From an uncultured Gammaproteobacteria bacterium (lineage in GTDB: Bacteria > Pseudomonadota > Gammaproteobacteria > JAURND01), in assembly GCA_963714975.1 (NCBI GenBank), contig CAVQQD010000003.1, positions 576,001-640,000 of the forward strand: DNA of 64,000 nt, in the 5' to 3' direction. Made by a program: the position numbers and the translations under genes. Each line of letters starts with the position of its first letter. Position 1 is the first letter of the stretch. The notes under the pieces are model-generated. The model searched no databases and was not told the DNA's origin. It saw nothing but the letters and a program-made list of their open reading frames with translations. Shown here piece after piece: positions 50,698-59,610 of this stretch.

Positions 50698-51649
50698 ATG
50701 ATTGAGCTAACCAAATTCTTAATACATTAGCCAATTTACCCTGGCCCAATAGCTGCTTTATACTTGTAGCTTCAATGCTGGTCAGAAGCCGATAGACTGT
50801 CAACGCTCTGTGAACCGACCAACATTGCTGAATTAAGGACATCACTGCCAGCAGCTGGTTTTGTGGTGCGTGATCTAGCCAAGGTTGCAGCACCTGTAAT
50901 TGTAAATGCCGATAGACCTCTTCTGGTAGTGCGTGCTTTTCTTTAACTTGATTGAGCATATTTAACAATGAGAAAAAAGGATGAGTCACGGCAACTTCAC
51001 CTAAATCAACTAAGGTAATTTTTTGTGTTTTTGGATCAATCAGTAAGTTATTGTCGTGAAAATCATTGTGGCTAAAGGTATCAGGAATGGGATATTGTGA
51101 TAATTGTTCGCAAAGTGAAACTAGTTTAGGGGTAAGCGACGATAATTGCTTTATTTCTGCATCAGTTAGACCATCGGCAATTAATAAATCTTTTTGGTTG
51201 ATCAGTAGAGTATAGCAAGCTGGAAGGTTTGCGATTCTCCAATCAGATGCATCTAGATTTAGTAAACGATCTAAGTGAGCAATGCTTTTGCGTTGTACCG
51301 CGATATAATTGCGTATAGCAGTGAGCAGCAAGTTGGCGTTAAAACCTTGTTTAAAATACTCACGTAAGGTTATCCCAGCATCTTGCATTAAGAAACAGCA
51401 TAATTGGGGATTGTCGGCTATCACGAGAGGCACAGGCGCTCCACAGGTTTCTTGGAGCAAATGGATCACTTGAGGTTCTTTAGATAACCCAAGGGGAGCT
51501 TGCTTGAGGTATAGTGAACCTTGGTCGGTGTCAAAACGGTAAACAGACGACCATGGGGTTTGTAAAATAACTTTGGGTACAGGATTCTGCATCCGGTAGC
51601 CTAAATTTTGTAGGATAGTAAATGTCCATGAGATGCTAGTTAATGACAT
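50696..51649 (-). CDS. Aminoglycoside phosphotransferase-family protein
   Basis: TPWS.V, YLKQ, HNDFHDNN, VDLGE...HPF. Confidence 0.85.
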   Translation of the reverse strand: MSLTSISWTFTILQNLGYRMQNPVPKVILQTPWSSVYRFDTDQGSLYLKQAPLGLSKEPQVIHLLQETCGAPVPLVIADNPQLCCFLMQDAGITLREYFKQGFNANLLLTAIRNYIAVQRKSIAHLDRLLNLDASDWRIANLPACYTLLINQKDLLIADGLTDAEIKQLSSLTPKLVSLCEQLSQYPIPDTFSHNDFHDNNLLIDPKTQKITLVDLGEVAVTHPFFSLLNMLNQVKEKHALPEEVYRHLQLQVLQPWLDHAPQNQLLAVMSLIQQCWSVHRALTVYRLLTSIEATSIKQLLGQGKLANVLRIWLAQS

Positions 51650-51923
51650 GTTTTAACTACCTTCATCTGCCTGGAATTGCGATTTATTGATCGGGGATAA
51701 TGGTGCGCCAAAACTGAGTGTACTCAAAGTGAGCGATATTAACCCAATGACAACCCTAGCTAAATTTTTCATAATGCCCCGTCAATTTCTGGTGGGGTGA
51801 GTATCACAGGCCAAAGGCCAACCAGTCCAGTCCATAGTAAGCTTATTCATCTTATCATATAATAATGGTGGGTTTTGTCCCGCCAATTTTTTGACACACA
51901 ACTATTCCTGAGAACATCAAGTC

Positions 51924-52112
51924 ATGCAGCCGATCCCACCTGACTTACCTACGCCCATTATAACGCCACGTTTAGCGAATCGTTTTGGTAGAAAGCCTGC
52001 TTTTTATACGGGGATTGTGATCGCCACCTTAGGTTCTTTGATCAGCATTGCTTCTGAACCACTGAGAAAGTCTTATCCTTTGACCCGTGGCCCTATGAGA
52101 ATCTTCCAGTAA
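51924..52112 (+). pseudogene. Mosaic remnant: RimJ/L-GNAT N-terminus, MFS fragment and RibD fragment
   Basis: MQPIPPDLPTPIITPRL | ANRFGRKPAFYTG | (other frame) WPYENLPVIV. Confidence 0.5.
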
Positions 52113-52114
52113 TA

Positions 52115-53053
52115 GTGATGAGCAGCCAATCTATTAGTATACCTCAGCACTTAAAAACATTTGTTTCAACCTCTGCAGAAACACCGATTGAGTTAATTAA
52201 TCGATTAACCAAGGAAGGATTTAAACACCTTTATATTGATGGAGGTATTACCATACAGAACTTTATTGCTGATAATTTGATTAATGAGTTGACCATCACG
52301 CTCATTCCAGTTTTGTTAGGTTCAGGTCGCTCATTATTCGGGCCAGTAGCGCATGATATTGAGCTAAATCACATTGAGACAAAATGCTTTGATGGCGGAT
52401 TTGTGCAATTGAAATATGGTATTAACCCAACTGGAAATGTTACCCATAAAAGAAAAAGTAAAGACAAAGTTTATCTTGTGTATGATGAAATGAGTGATTG
52501 GTTTGATTCTCATCGTAGTAAAGAACTTACCATGGAAAAGTTTTATTTAAATTTACTTCAAAAACATATTCTGGCAGGAGGTAAAATATTAGATGTTGGC
52601 TGTGGCACTGGTGAACCTATAGCACAATTTTTAATTACGCAAGGTTATAAGGTAACCGGCATTGATGCGAGCGAAAAAATGATTGATTTGTGTAAGCAAC
52701 GGTTTCCAAATGCAAAATGGTTGCTTGCTGATATGCGTACTTTAAATTTGCAAGAAAAATTCCATGCGGTCATTGCCTGGCACAGTTTTTTTCATTTACC
52801 GCATGATGATCAACGAAGTACCTTAAAATTGCTTACTTCAATGGTAGAAAAAAACGGTTTACTGATGTTCACATCTGGGGAAGAATACGGTGAGGTCTGG
52901 AGTGATAACGGAGGACATGATCTATATCACGCTTCACTTTCTTCTGCCGAATATACCGAGATACTATCCAATTGTCATTTTGAAATACTGGTACATAAAG
53001 TGAAAGATTCTGACTGTGGTGAAGCAACTGTGTGGATCGCCAAAAAGAAATGA
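52115..53053 (+). CDS. 5'-truncated RibD/DHFR-like C-terminal domain fused to a SAM methyltransferase
   Basis: HLYIDGGITIQ...LINELTIT.IPVLLGSG..LF; ILDVGCGTGEP, AWHSFFHL. Confidence 0.8.
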   Translation: MMSSQSISIPQHLKTFVSTSAETPIELINRLTKEGFKHLYIDGGITIQNFIADNLINELTITLIPVLLGSGRSLFGPVAHDIELNHIETKCFDGGFVQLKYGINPTGNVTHKRKSKDKVYLVYDEMSDWFDSHRSKELTMEKFYLNLLQKHILAGGKILDVGCGTGEPIAQFLITQGYKVTGIDASEKMIDLCKQRFPNAKWLLADMRTLNLQEKFHAVIAWHSFFHLPHDDQRSTLKLLTSMVEKNGLLMFTSGEEYGEVWSDNGGHDLYHASLSSAEYTEILSNCHFEILVHKVKDSDCGEATVWIAKKK

Positions 53054-53346
53054 CCAAAGATAAAGCGAAAATAATTCATGAACTGTTTAGCCTTATGAAT
53101 GTTGGAGCTGCAACGTATAATGACTTACAATTACTGGGTATTCACTCCAGAGAGCAATTGGCTCACGCATGTCCTGATGAATTGTACTTACGCTTACAAG
53201 AAATCACAGCCCAAACTCAAGATCCTTGTGTGTGGGATGTCTTTGCCGCCGTAATTTACGAAGTACGTACCGGCGAAAAGCAGCCTTGGTGGGAATGGAC
53301 AAAAATTCGCAAAAAAAGACAATTAGAAGGAACATTTTGTACCTAA
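53050..53346 (+). CDS. Cdd1/mitomycin-resistance McrB-like HhH protein
   Basis: NVG.A...DL.LLGI, P.ELY.RL, DPCVWDVF, PWWEWT..RK. Confidence 0.8.
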   Translation: MTKDKAKIIHELFSLMNVGAATYNDLQLLGIHSREQLAHACPDELYLRLQEITAQTQDPCVWDVFAAVIYEVRTGEKQPWWEWTKIRKKRQLEGTFCT

Positions 53347-53479
53347 AGTCGCGGCGTGATAACTTAGGACTTTATTGTAACCACTATATTTTAATTGGAG
53401 GAGAAAATTATGCAAAGTGTACTCATTGAGGTAAGAAAACTATATACCGTGGTGCAATTTATTCATGAAGCTTTACAGC

Positions 53480-54883
53480 CTATTCGAACGCGATCTTCGT
53501 CGAGTCTAATCTAGAAGGTGCTGTTCCAGAGGGCGCATATGGAGGTTGCTGATTCGCTACTACCTGCTGTGTCTCCTCCAAAACACTCTCGTTAGAGATC
53601 TTAATATGTCTCTTTTTTTGATCATTTGGGTTCTGTGATTGTGCTTCCATCGTTTGCATTAAAGAGGAAAAGTAAGGACTCTGAGGGAGCAGAGGAGATA
53701 AACCGTCTCTTCGCCATGTTACAAATATACCTTGATCATTGCATTTTCTAATGTCTTTCAGAAAGGCCGAATCAGCTTGTGGACGTTTTAATTGCATATA
53801 ATGTGCAGCTTCCTGTGGAGTGACATCGTAACGCCAGACCAAATAACTAATGGCTACCGCCACACTACGCGAGGCGCCTGCCGAACAATGCACCAACACA
53901 TTTTCTCCCTTGTTTCGCGCATCGTCAATTGCTCTCAATGCGGTAGGTAATCTAGAAAGTAATTTACTCCAATTTTTATTTTCTTTTTCTTCGGGCTCGT
54001 TGGGTTGCTTATCACCCAAATCCTGGCCAATGTTAATATGCATACATCCTGCAGGTGAACTGCTAGGGTCAGTTTTTGCTACGGTTATGGCCGTGGATAA
54101 TTGTCCTGGTGAACTGCTAGCGTCAGAAGGATTTGTGACGGTTATGACTGTGGGAAAGCTTCGTCCTAAAGATGATTCGCAGGCAGGATGATTTGTTACG
54201 GTTATGACCGTGGAAAATCGCAGATCTTTTCCATCCCTTACTTCCCTATAAGACTCTATATCCCCCACATGCAATCCTTCTATAATTTTATGTGAATGTG
54301 TGGATAATGATCTAAGCTGTTCCTCTTCGGACAATATGGGTATAGGTTGTCTGAAAGCCGCTTTTATCTGCTTTGCTAACTCGTTTTTAATTTCTGGCTT
54401 AACTTCTGAGGGATAAACTAGCTGCCGAGCAAACGTATATACAGCACCAATTCCTGCCCAAAAAATCATTTTTGTCGCATCCGCGCCAAACCCAAGAATC
54501 TCGAAACCCAGTCCAGCTGGAGCGAACAGGCCAATCAGTGGAGGAAAAGCAAGCATCAAGATAATCGCCCATATTACAATGTTTGCAAATTGAAACCACT
54601 TTTTATATCCATATTTCTCACCTAGTTTTTCTGGCCAAAATAACAGTAATGCTAAATTAAAAAAAGCTCCAGATTCAGATTCATGATCCGTTCTTCTTAA
54701 CAAAAATTCTGGTGAGAAAGGCAGGAAAACAATTCCTCGAAGCAAAGCCCGAAACCAGGGTTCTTCAGAAACCGCAGCTTTTCCTACGGCTTCGTGATGT
54801 TTGTTTTCGTCTGTCATAACTTTTTTCCGAAGTTGATTAGAAAATTCGATAATCAAATGATTATAGTGAGTAGGCTGAGGCAT
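53480..54883 (-). CDS. Membrane-anchored dual-specificity phosphatase, candidate secreted effector
   Basis: N-terminal TM helices, IIEGLHVGD, P-loop VLVHCSAGASRS, MQLKRP. Confidence 0.8.
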   Translation of the reverse strand: MPQPTHYNHLIIEFSNQLRKKVMTDENKHHEAVGKAAVSEEPWFRALLRGIVFLPFSPEFLLRRTDHESESGAFFNLALLLFWPEKLGEKYGYKKWFQFANIVIWAIILMLAFPPLIGLFAPAGLGFEILGFGADATKMIFWAGIGAVYTFARQLVYPSEVKPEIKNELAKQIKAAFRQPIPILSEEEQLRSLSTHSHKIIEGLHVGDIESYREVRDGKDLRFSTVITVTNHPACESSLGRSFPTVITVTNPSDASSSPGQLSTAITVAKTDPSSSPAGCMHINIGQDLGDKQPNEPEEKENKNWSKLLSRLPTALRAIDDARNKGENVLVHCSAGASRSVAVAISYLVWRYDVTPQEAAHYMQLKRPQADSAFLKDIRKCNDQGIFVTWRRDGLSPLLPQSPYFSSLMQTMEAQSQNPNDQKKRHIKISNESVLEETQQVVANQQPPYAPSGTAPSRLDSTKIAFE

Positions 54884-55055
54884 TTCAGCTTCAGCCTACT
54901 CATCATAATACACAAGAAAGCTTAAGATTTTATGAGATACGAACTGGGATGGGAATCGTGACACGAATTAAACGAGAAGGACTTATATGCATATTGATAG
55001 AGGCTGTACCGAAAAGTGTTGACACATCACACATCACAAAGACTTGCCTTTCCTA

Positions 55056-55394
55056 TCACTTCGGCGCCATGGGTGGATTATACGCGACCCTCACCACTCG
55101 ACCGCCTTGGAAATAAATATCTAAGCGCTTCATATAAATATCTTTCCCTCCGCGTTGCAAGGTATAGACATAAGCCCAGTGGTTATCGTTAAACAAATTG
55201 CCTAGAATTGGATTCCCCAAGATGGCCAATACTTGTTCTTTACTCATGCCTGGCTTGATTCGCGCTTCCATTTCAGGCGTGTACAGGTTTCCCTGCTGCA
55301 CATCAGGTTGATAAGGACGCAAGACAGAACAAGCTGTAAACTCAGGGCAGAGTAAGCATAAAAATAAGAATGGAAGTACAATATTTTTTTTCAT
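55056..55394 (-). CDS. bamE: Outer membrane assembly lipoprotein BamE
   Basis: QQGN, GMSKEQV..LG.P, W.YVY; divergent from fur. Confidence 0.93.
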   Translation of the reverse strand: MKKNIVLPFLFLCLLCPEFTACSVLRPYQPDVQQGNLYTPEMEARIKPGMSKEQVLAILGNPILGNLFNDNHWAYVYTLQRGGKDIYMKRLDIYFQGGRVVRVAYNPPMAPK

Positions 55395-55489
55395 AGTGTT
55401 ATATTCCTAAGCGCCGTCTTGCAGGAAGCAGAGATCCATGTCAAAACAACGGTGTGAGTTATTTAGAGCATTACTATATAAGGGGTAGT

Positions 55490-55897
55490 ATGAAAAATAA
55501 AGAACTTCGTGATGCAGGTTTGAAAATTACCGTGCCACGATTGAAAATTTTGCAAGTATTAGAAAATGCGGACCCGCATCATTTAAGTGCCGAAGATGTC
55601 TATAAAGCCTTGCTAGAGTCAGGTAATGAAGTTGCTTTAGCCACCGTGTATCGGGTCCTGACGCAATTTGAAGAGGCTGGAATCATTAAGCGGCATCATT
55701 TTGAAGGGGGCTATTCCGTATTTGAAATAGAGCAGGGAGAGCATCACGATCACATGGTTTGTGTCAAATGCAATCGAGTCGAAGAATTCGTTGATCCTGA
55801 CATTGAAAAGCGGCAAGCTGAGGTTGCCAGTCAGGCAGGTTTCAAAATGACGGACCACAGTCTTACGATTTATGGGATTTGCAAAGATTGCAGTTAA
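55490..55897 (+). CDS. fur: Ferric uptake regulator
   Basis: GLKITVPRLKIL, HLSAEDVY, LATVYRVLTQFE, HHDHMVC. Confidence 0.97.
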   Translation: MKNKELRDAGLKITVPRLKILQVLENADPHHLSAEDVYKALLESGNEVALATVYRVLTQFEEAGIIKRHHFEGGYSVFEIEQGEHHDHMVCVKCNRVEEFVDPDIEKRQAEVASQAGFKMTDHSLTIYGICKDCS

Positions 55898-55908
55898 GAC
55901 GCCGGGAA

Positions 55909-56766
55909 TTAAAGACCTAAAACCAACCCCAGAAATATCACACAGCCAATCCATTGACTACGTTGGAAAGCTATCAGGCAGGCCTCGGGGCGGCGGTTCC
56001 AAATCAGGCATTGTAAATACACCATGATTCCTGCAGCCACGATTAGGCCGAGAAAAAAAGCGCGTCCTAGCTGCCATTGTTGCCCCAATACCCAGAGTAG
56101 CAAGAGCATTAGTGCATGGAGTAAGGCAATCACCGATGTCTCCCAATTCCCCCATAAAATAGCTGTGGATTTGATGCCTACCTGCAAATCATCAGTTCGA
56201 TCTGCCATGGCATACATCGTGTCGTAAGCAATGGTCCATAAGCAGGTGAGCAGGAATAGCAACCACCCGAGGAGTGGCACTTCCCCAGTTTGTGCCGCAA
56301 ATGCCATAGGTATACCCCAACTAAAGGCTATGCCCAATACAAATTGCGGCAAGTGAGTCACGCGTTTCATGAAAGGATAAGTTACCATCAGCACTATCGC
56401 CGGTATCGCCAGCAAGCGTGCTAGGGCATTCAGAGGCCACAGCAATCCAGCCGCTAATAGGCTGAGCGTTAAGACCAAGATTAGTGCTTCTTTGGGAGAT
56501 ACCTGGCCAGTCACTAAAGGACGATTGCGAGTCCTGCTCACAGCCCCATCCCAATGCCGATCAGCCAAATCATTAATGACACAACCAGCGGAGCGGGTTA
56601 GAAACACCCCCAGGGTGAAGATCAACACCAAGGACCCAGCGGGTTGTCCTTGGCCCGCTATCCACAAAGCCCATAAGGTGGGCCACAGCAATAGCAAAGT
56701 CCCTATCGGCCGGTGCCAGCGCATCAACTGGGCGTAGGCCCGGCATTTACTGAGCATATTGGTCAT
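55909..56766 (-). CDS. ubiA: 4-hydroxybenzoate octaprenyltransferase
   Basis: RPIGTLLLLWP, AGCVINDLADR.D, RPL, YDTMYAMADRTDD. Confidence 0.95.
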   Translation of the reverse strand: MTNMLSKCRAYAQLMRWHRPIGTLLLLWPTLWALWIAGQGQPAGSLVLIFTLGVFLTRSAGCVINDLADRHWDGAVSRTRNRPLVTGQVSPKEALILVLTLSLLAAGLLWPLNALARLLAIPAIVLMVTYPFMKRVTHLPQFVLGIAFSWGIPMAFAAQTGEVPLLGWLLFLLTCLWTIAYDTMYAMADRTDDLQVGIKSTAILWGNWETSVIALLHALMLLLLWVLGQQWQLGRAFFLGLIVAAGIMVYLQCLIWNRRPEACLIAFQRSQWIGCVIFLGLVLGL

Positions 56767-57290
56767 ATTTGTTCTTTAATAAATAAACTTGTCCGGTCCT
56801 TTCTGCTGTAGCCGTGTTGCTGTAATCGAGTGCTAACCCAATGATCCAACGACAGTTTACCTGATCCATGCAGCATCAGCATCATTAATAATAATCCCCA
56901 ATTGATGTGTTGTTGTAAGCCCATAGATCCGCCGGCTGTCCATAAAAAGGGATAAGAAATAACCGCTATAATATTATAAAAAAAGAAAATTAAGATACAA
57001 AAGCGTCCACCCAAGCCCAGTACTAATAAAATCGGTAGGATAATTTCTGCCGCAGTTCCTAGTACTGCAGCCACATCAGGGGATAAAATGGGGACTTGGT
57101 AAACGTAAGTAAACAGGTTCACTGTGGTTTCCCAACTCTGGATTTTTAGCAAACCTGACTTGAAAAATATGCTGGCTACCCATAAACGAACAATTAAATC
57201 ACCAAAAGGTGTTAAAAAGTTCATAGTAGCGACAAAGGGGTGTACAATTTTCGCAACGATCCGAATAGACATAATGGCCTCCATACTCAT
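56763..57290 (-). CDS. DoxX-family membrane protein
   Basis: R.WVA..FFKSG..K, EI.LP.LL.LG, GSGKLSLD. Confidence 0.85.
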   Translation of the reverse strand: MSMEAIMSIRIVAKIVHPFVATMNFLTPFGDLIVRLWVASIFFKSGLLKIQSWETTVNLFTYVYQVPILSPDVAAVLGTAAEIILPILLVLGLGGRFCILIFFFYNIIAVISYPFLWTAGGSMGLQQHINWGLLLMMLMLHGSGKLSLDHWVSTRLQQHGYSRKDRTSLFIKEQI

Positions 57291-57377
57291 TTTTTTAGTC
57301 CGTTTAAAAAAAGTCTAGCACAAGCCATTTAGGTTTGCTTTCGGGGACAAAAATCTCAGTTAAGGTAGACACAAACT

Positions 57378-57665
57378 ATGGAATATCTCATAGAAGCGGT
57401 AATCAACAATAATGCGGAGCAAGTTCGCCAATTATTAAGCTCTGGGCTTGACCCTAATGGATTTGAAGACCAGGCCCAGGTGAGGCCCTTGCATTTTGCT
57501 GCCCAATATAATTCACTAGCAAGCGCCCTTGTGCTCTTAGAGGCAGGTGCGCAAATAGATGTCACAACTGCCGATGGAATCACTCCGTTAGATGTGGCTA
57601 AACTTCACTCCCATCAGGATATGATTCAGTTATTTCAAGGGACATTACATGTGGAAAAAAATTAA
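57378..57665 (+). CDS. Small ankyrin-repeat protein
   Basis: PLHFAAQYN, LLEAGA.ID, G.TPLDVA. Confidence 0.88.
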   Translation: MEYLIEAVINNNAEQVRQLLSSGLDPNGFEDQAQVRPLHFAAQYNSLASALVLLEAGAQIDVTTADGITPLDVAKLHSHQDMIQLFQGTLHVEKN

Positions 57666-58791
57666 CCTTTTAATTTCAGTAGTTTGGATGCTTTCCGCCC
57701 AGGCCCAACCGGTAATGCCAATTACGGTTGGCGCGATTTATAATTTGACCGGGAGCCAAAGCCTACTCGATACTTACTCTGCCGATGGGGCTAAGTTAGC
57801 GGCGTCGGAAATTAATCAGGCAGGCGGTTTATTGGGTCGCCCGGTCCAGTTAAAAATTCTCAATGGCCAAACCGAGCCAGAAGTTATTGCCAGAGATGCA
57901 GCTGAGTTAGGAGCTGATAAAGATATTGTGGCAGTCATTGGCTTAAGTGATACCGACATGGCGCAGGCAGCCATTCCGACCTTGGCGAAATATCACAAAT
58001 TGCTCATTATTTCAGGAGCTACTTCACCTGTTTTAGTTAAGCTATCCCCCAATTGGGTCTTTATGGCAACTTTTTCTGACGATCAGCAAGCAGAAAAAGC
58101 TGCTGATTTTGCTTTTAAAACCCAACATTATAAAACTGGCGTTTTACTGTTTCAAAAAGACAGCCAATATGCGAACTTGCTGGCGCGTTATTTCCAGAAA
58201 TTTTACGAAAAACTGGGGGGGGAATTTATTGCCACTAGCAAATTTACTCGAGAACATTCGAATATTTCCGCTTTTTTGGCTCAGATTGAGAAAAAAGGCG
58301 TTGTTCCCGATTTTCTCTATTTGGCAGCAGATCCCACTACCTCGGTCAATATTGTGCAACAATTACGGCAGAAAGGCTTCGAGCAACCAATTGTTGGTGG
58401 CGATGGTTTGGATACGATAGCTCTACGCCAGCAATCACGGGCATCCCATTGGGTGGGGAGCATTTTTTACACGACTCATGCCTTTGTTGAGTCGCAAAAC
58501 CCTAATCTCCGTGTGCAAAATTTTATCGAAGATTATCGAAGAATGTATCATCAAATACCGGACAGTAGTTTTGCTGCTTTGGGTTATGACACGATGAATC
58601 TATTAGCAGAAGCCATTCGCCAAGCCAATTCGACGGATCCGAATAAGATTCGTGCCTCTTTAAAAAATTTGGCTAATTTTGAGGGCCTTACAGGGTTTAT
58701 GAGTTTTTCCAATAGTTTTATTCCGAAAAAAACAATTTCTTTAGTAGAATTACGTAATGGAGAGGAGGAGTTGTTGGCCCCCTCTCCTTAG
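57649..58791 (+). CDS. Branched-chain amino acid-type ABC substrate-binding protein
   Basis: GAKLA..EIN..GGLLGRPV, GGDGL, ALGYD, FEGLTG. Confidence 0.88.
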   Translation: MWKKINLLISVVWMLSAQAQPVMPITVGAIYNLTGSQSLLDTYSADGAKLAASEINQAGGLLGRPVQLKILNGQTEPEVIARDAAELGADKDIVAVIGLSDTDMAQAAIPTLAKYHKLLIISGATSPVLVKLSPNWVFMATFSDDQQAEKAADFAFKTQHYKTGVLLFQKDSQYANLLARYFQKFYEKLGGEFIATSKFTREHSNISAFLAQIEKKGVVPDFLYLAADPTTSVNIVQQLRQKGFEQPIVGGDGLDTIALRQQSRASHWVGSIFYTTHAFVESQNPNLRVQNFIEDYRRMYHQIPDSSFAALGYDTMNLLAEAIRQANSTDPNKIRASLKNLANFEGLTGFMSFSNSFIPKKTISLVELRNGEEELLAPSP

Positions 58792-58805
58792 AACAGGAGA
58801 AAAAT

Positions 58806-59537
58806 GTGTCCATTCGAGTTTTAGTCAACGGCGCCCGCGGTAAAATGGGGCAAGAGGTCACCAAGGCAATAAAAAATGCTCCAGATTTAATCCTGGTGGG
58901 CGAAACTAATAAAGAAGATGATCTTAATGGGGCCATTGCGTCATATCAAGCCCAGGTAGTAGTTGATTTTACCTTGCCGGATGTAGTTTTCGACAATACT
59001 CGTACCATTCTCGGTGCGGGCGCACATCCAGTGATTGGCACCTCGGGTTTATCACTCGAGCAAATGGAAGAACTGCAGCAATTGGCCGCCAGCAAGAAAT
59101 TAGGCGGCATTATTGCGCCTAATTTTTCTATCGGCATTGCCTTAATGAATAAATATGCCCAGGACTGTGCCCGTTATTTCTCCGAAGTTGAGATCATTGA
59201 ATGCCACCATGCCGCCAAAGTCGATGCCCCCTCGGGGACTGCGTTGCAAACCGCGCAATTAATTGCTGCCGTCAAAGCCCAGTCTCAGAGCAACCCGGCC
59301 GAAAAGGAAACTTTGCCAGGCGTGCGCGGTGGCCGCTACCAAGGAATTCCCATCCATTCCGTCCGCCTACCCGGGTTACTGGCCCAACAAATTGTGTTGT
59401 TTGGTGGTCAAGGCCAAACTCTGAGCTTACGCCATGATGCGTTAAGCCGCGAAACCTATATGCCAGGCGTTTGCCTTGCCTGCCGCAAGGTTCTGGAGCT
59501 GGATAAGTTGGTGTATGGTTTGGAACAGATTCTGTAA
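58806..59537 (+). CDS. dapB: 4-hydroxy-tetrahydrodipicolinate reductase
   Basis: NGARGKMG, VDFT, APNFSIG, E.HH..KVDAPSGTA, HSVRLPG. Confidence 0.96.
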   Translation: MSIRVLVNGARGKMGQEVTKAIKNAPDLILVGETNKEDDLNGAIASYQAQVVVDFTLPDVVFDNTRTILGAGAHPVIGTSGLSLEQMEELQQLAASKKLGGIIAPNFSIGIALMNKYAQDCARYFSEVEIIECHHAAKVDAPSGTALQTAQLIAAVKAQSQSNPAEKETLPGVRGGRYQGIPIHSVRLPGLLAQQIVLFGGQGQTLSLRHDALSRETYMPGVCLACRKVLELDKLVYGLEQIL

Positions 59538-59610
59538 GCGTAAACAAGGTGCTTATCAACACGAGGCGCAGTGTGCGGTTTAATGTTAATTTTCTTAGCA
59601 AGGTGCCTTT

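Noticed and set aside
45114-53346. Integron cassette array
   Set aside because: No IntI integrase, no attC-like repeats between genes, and mixed gene orientations.
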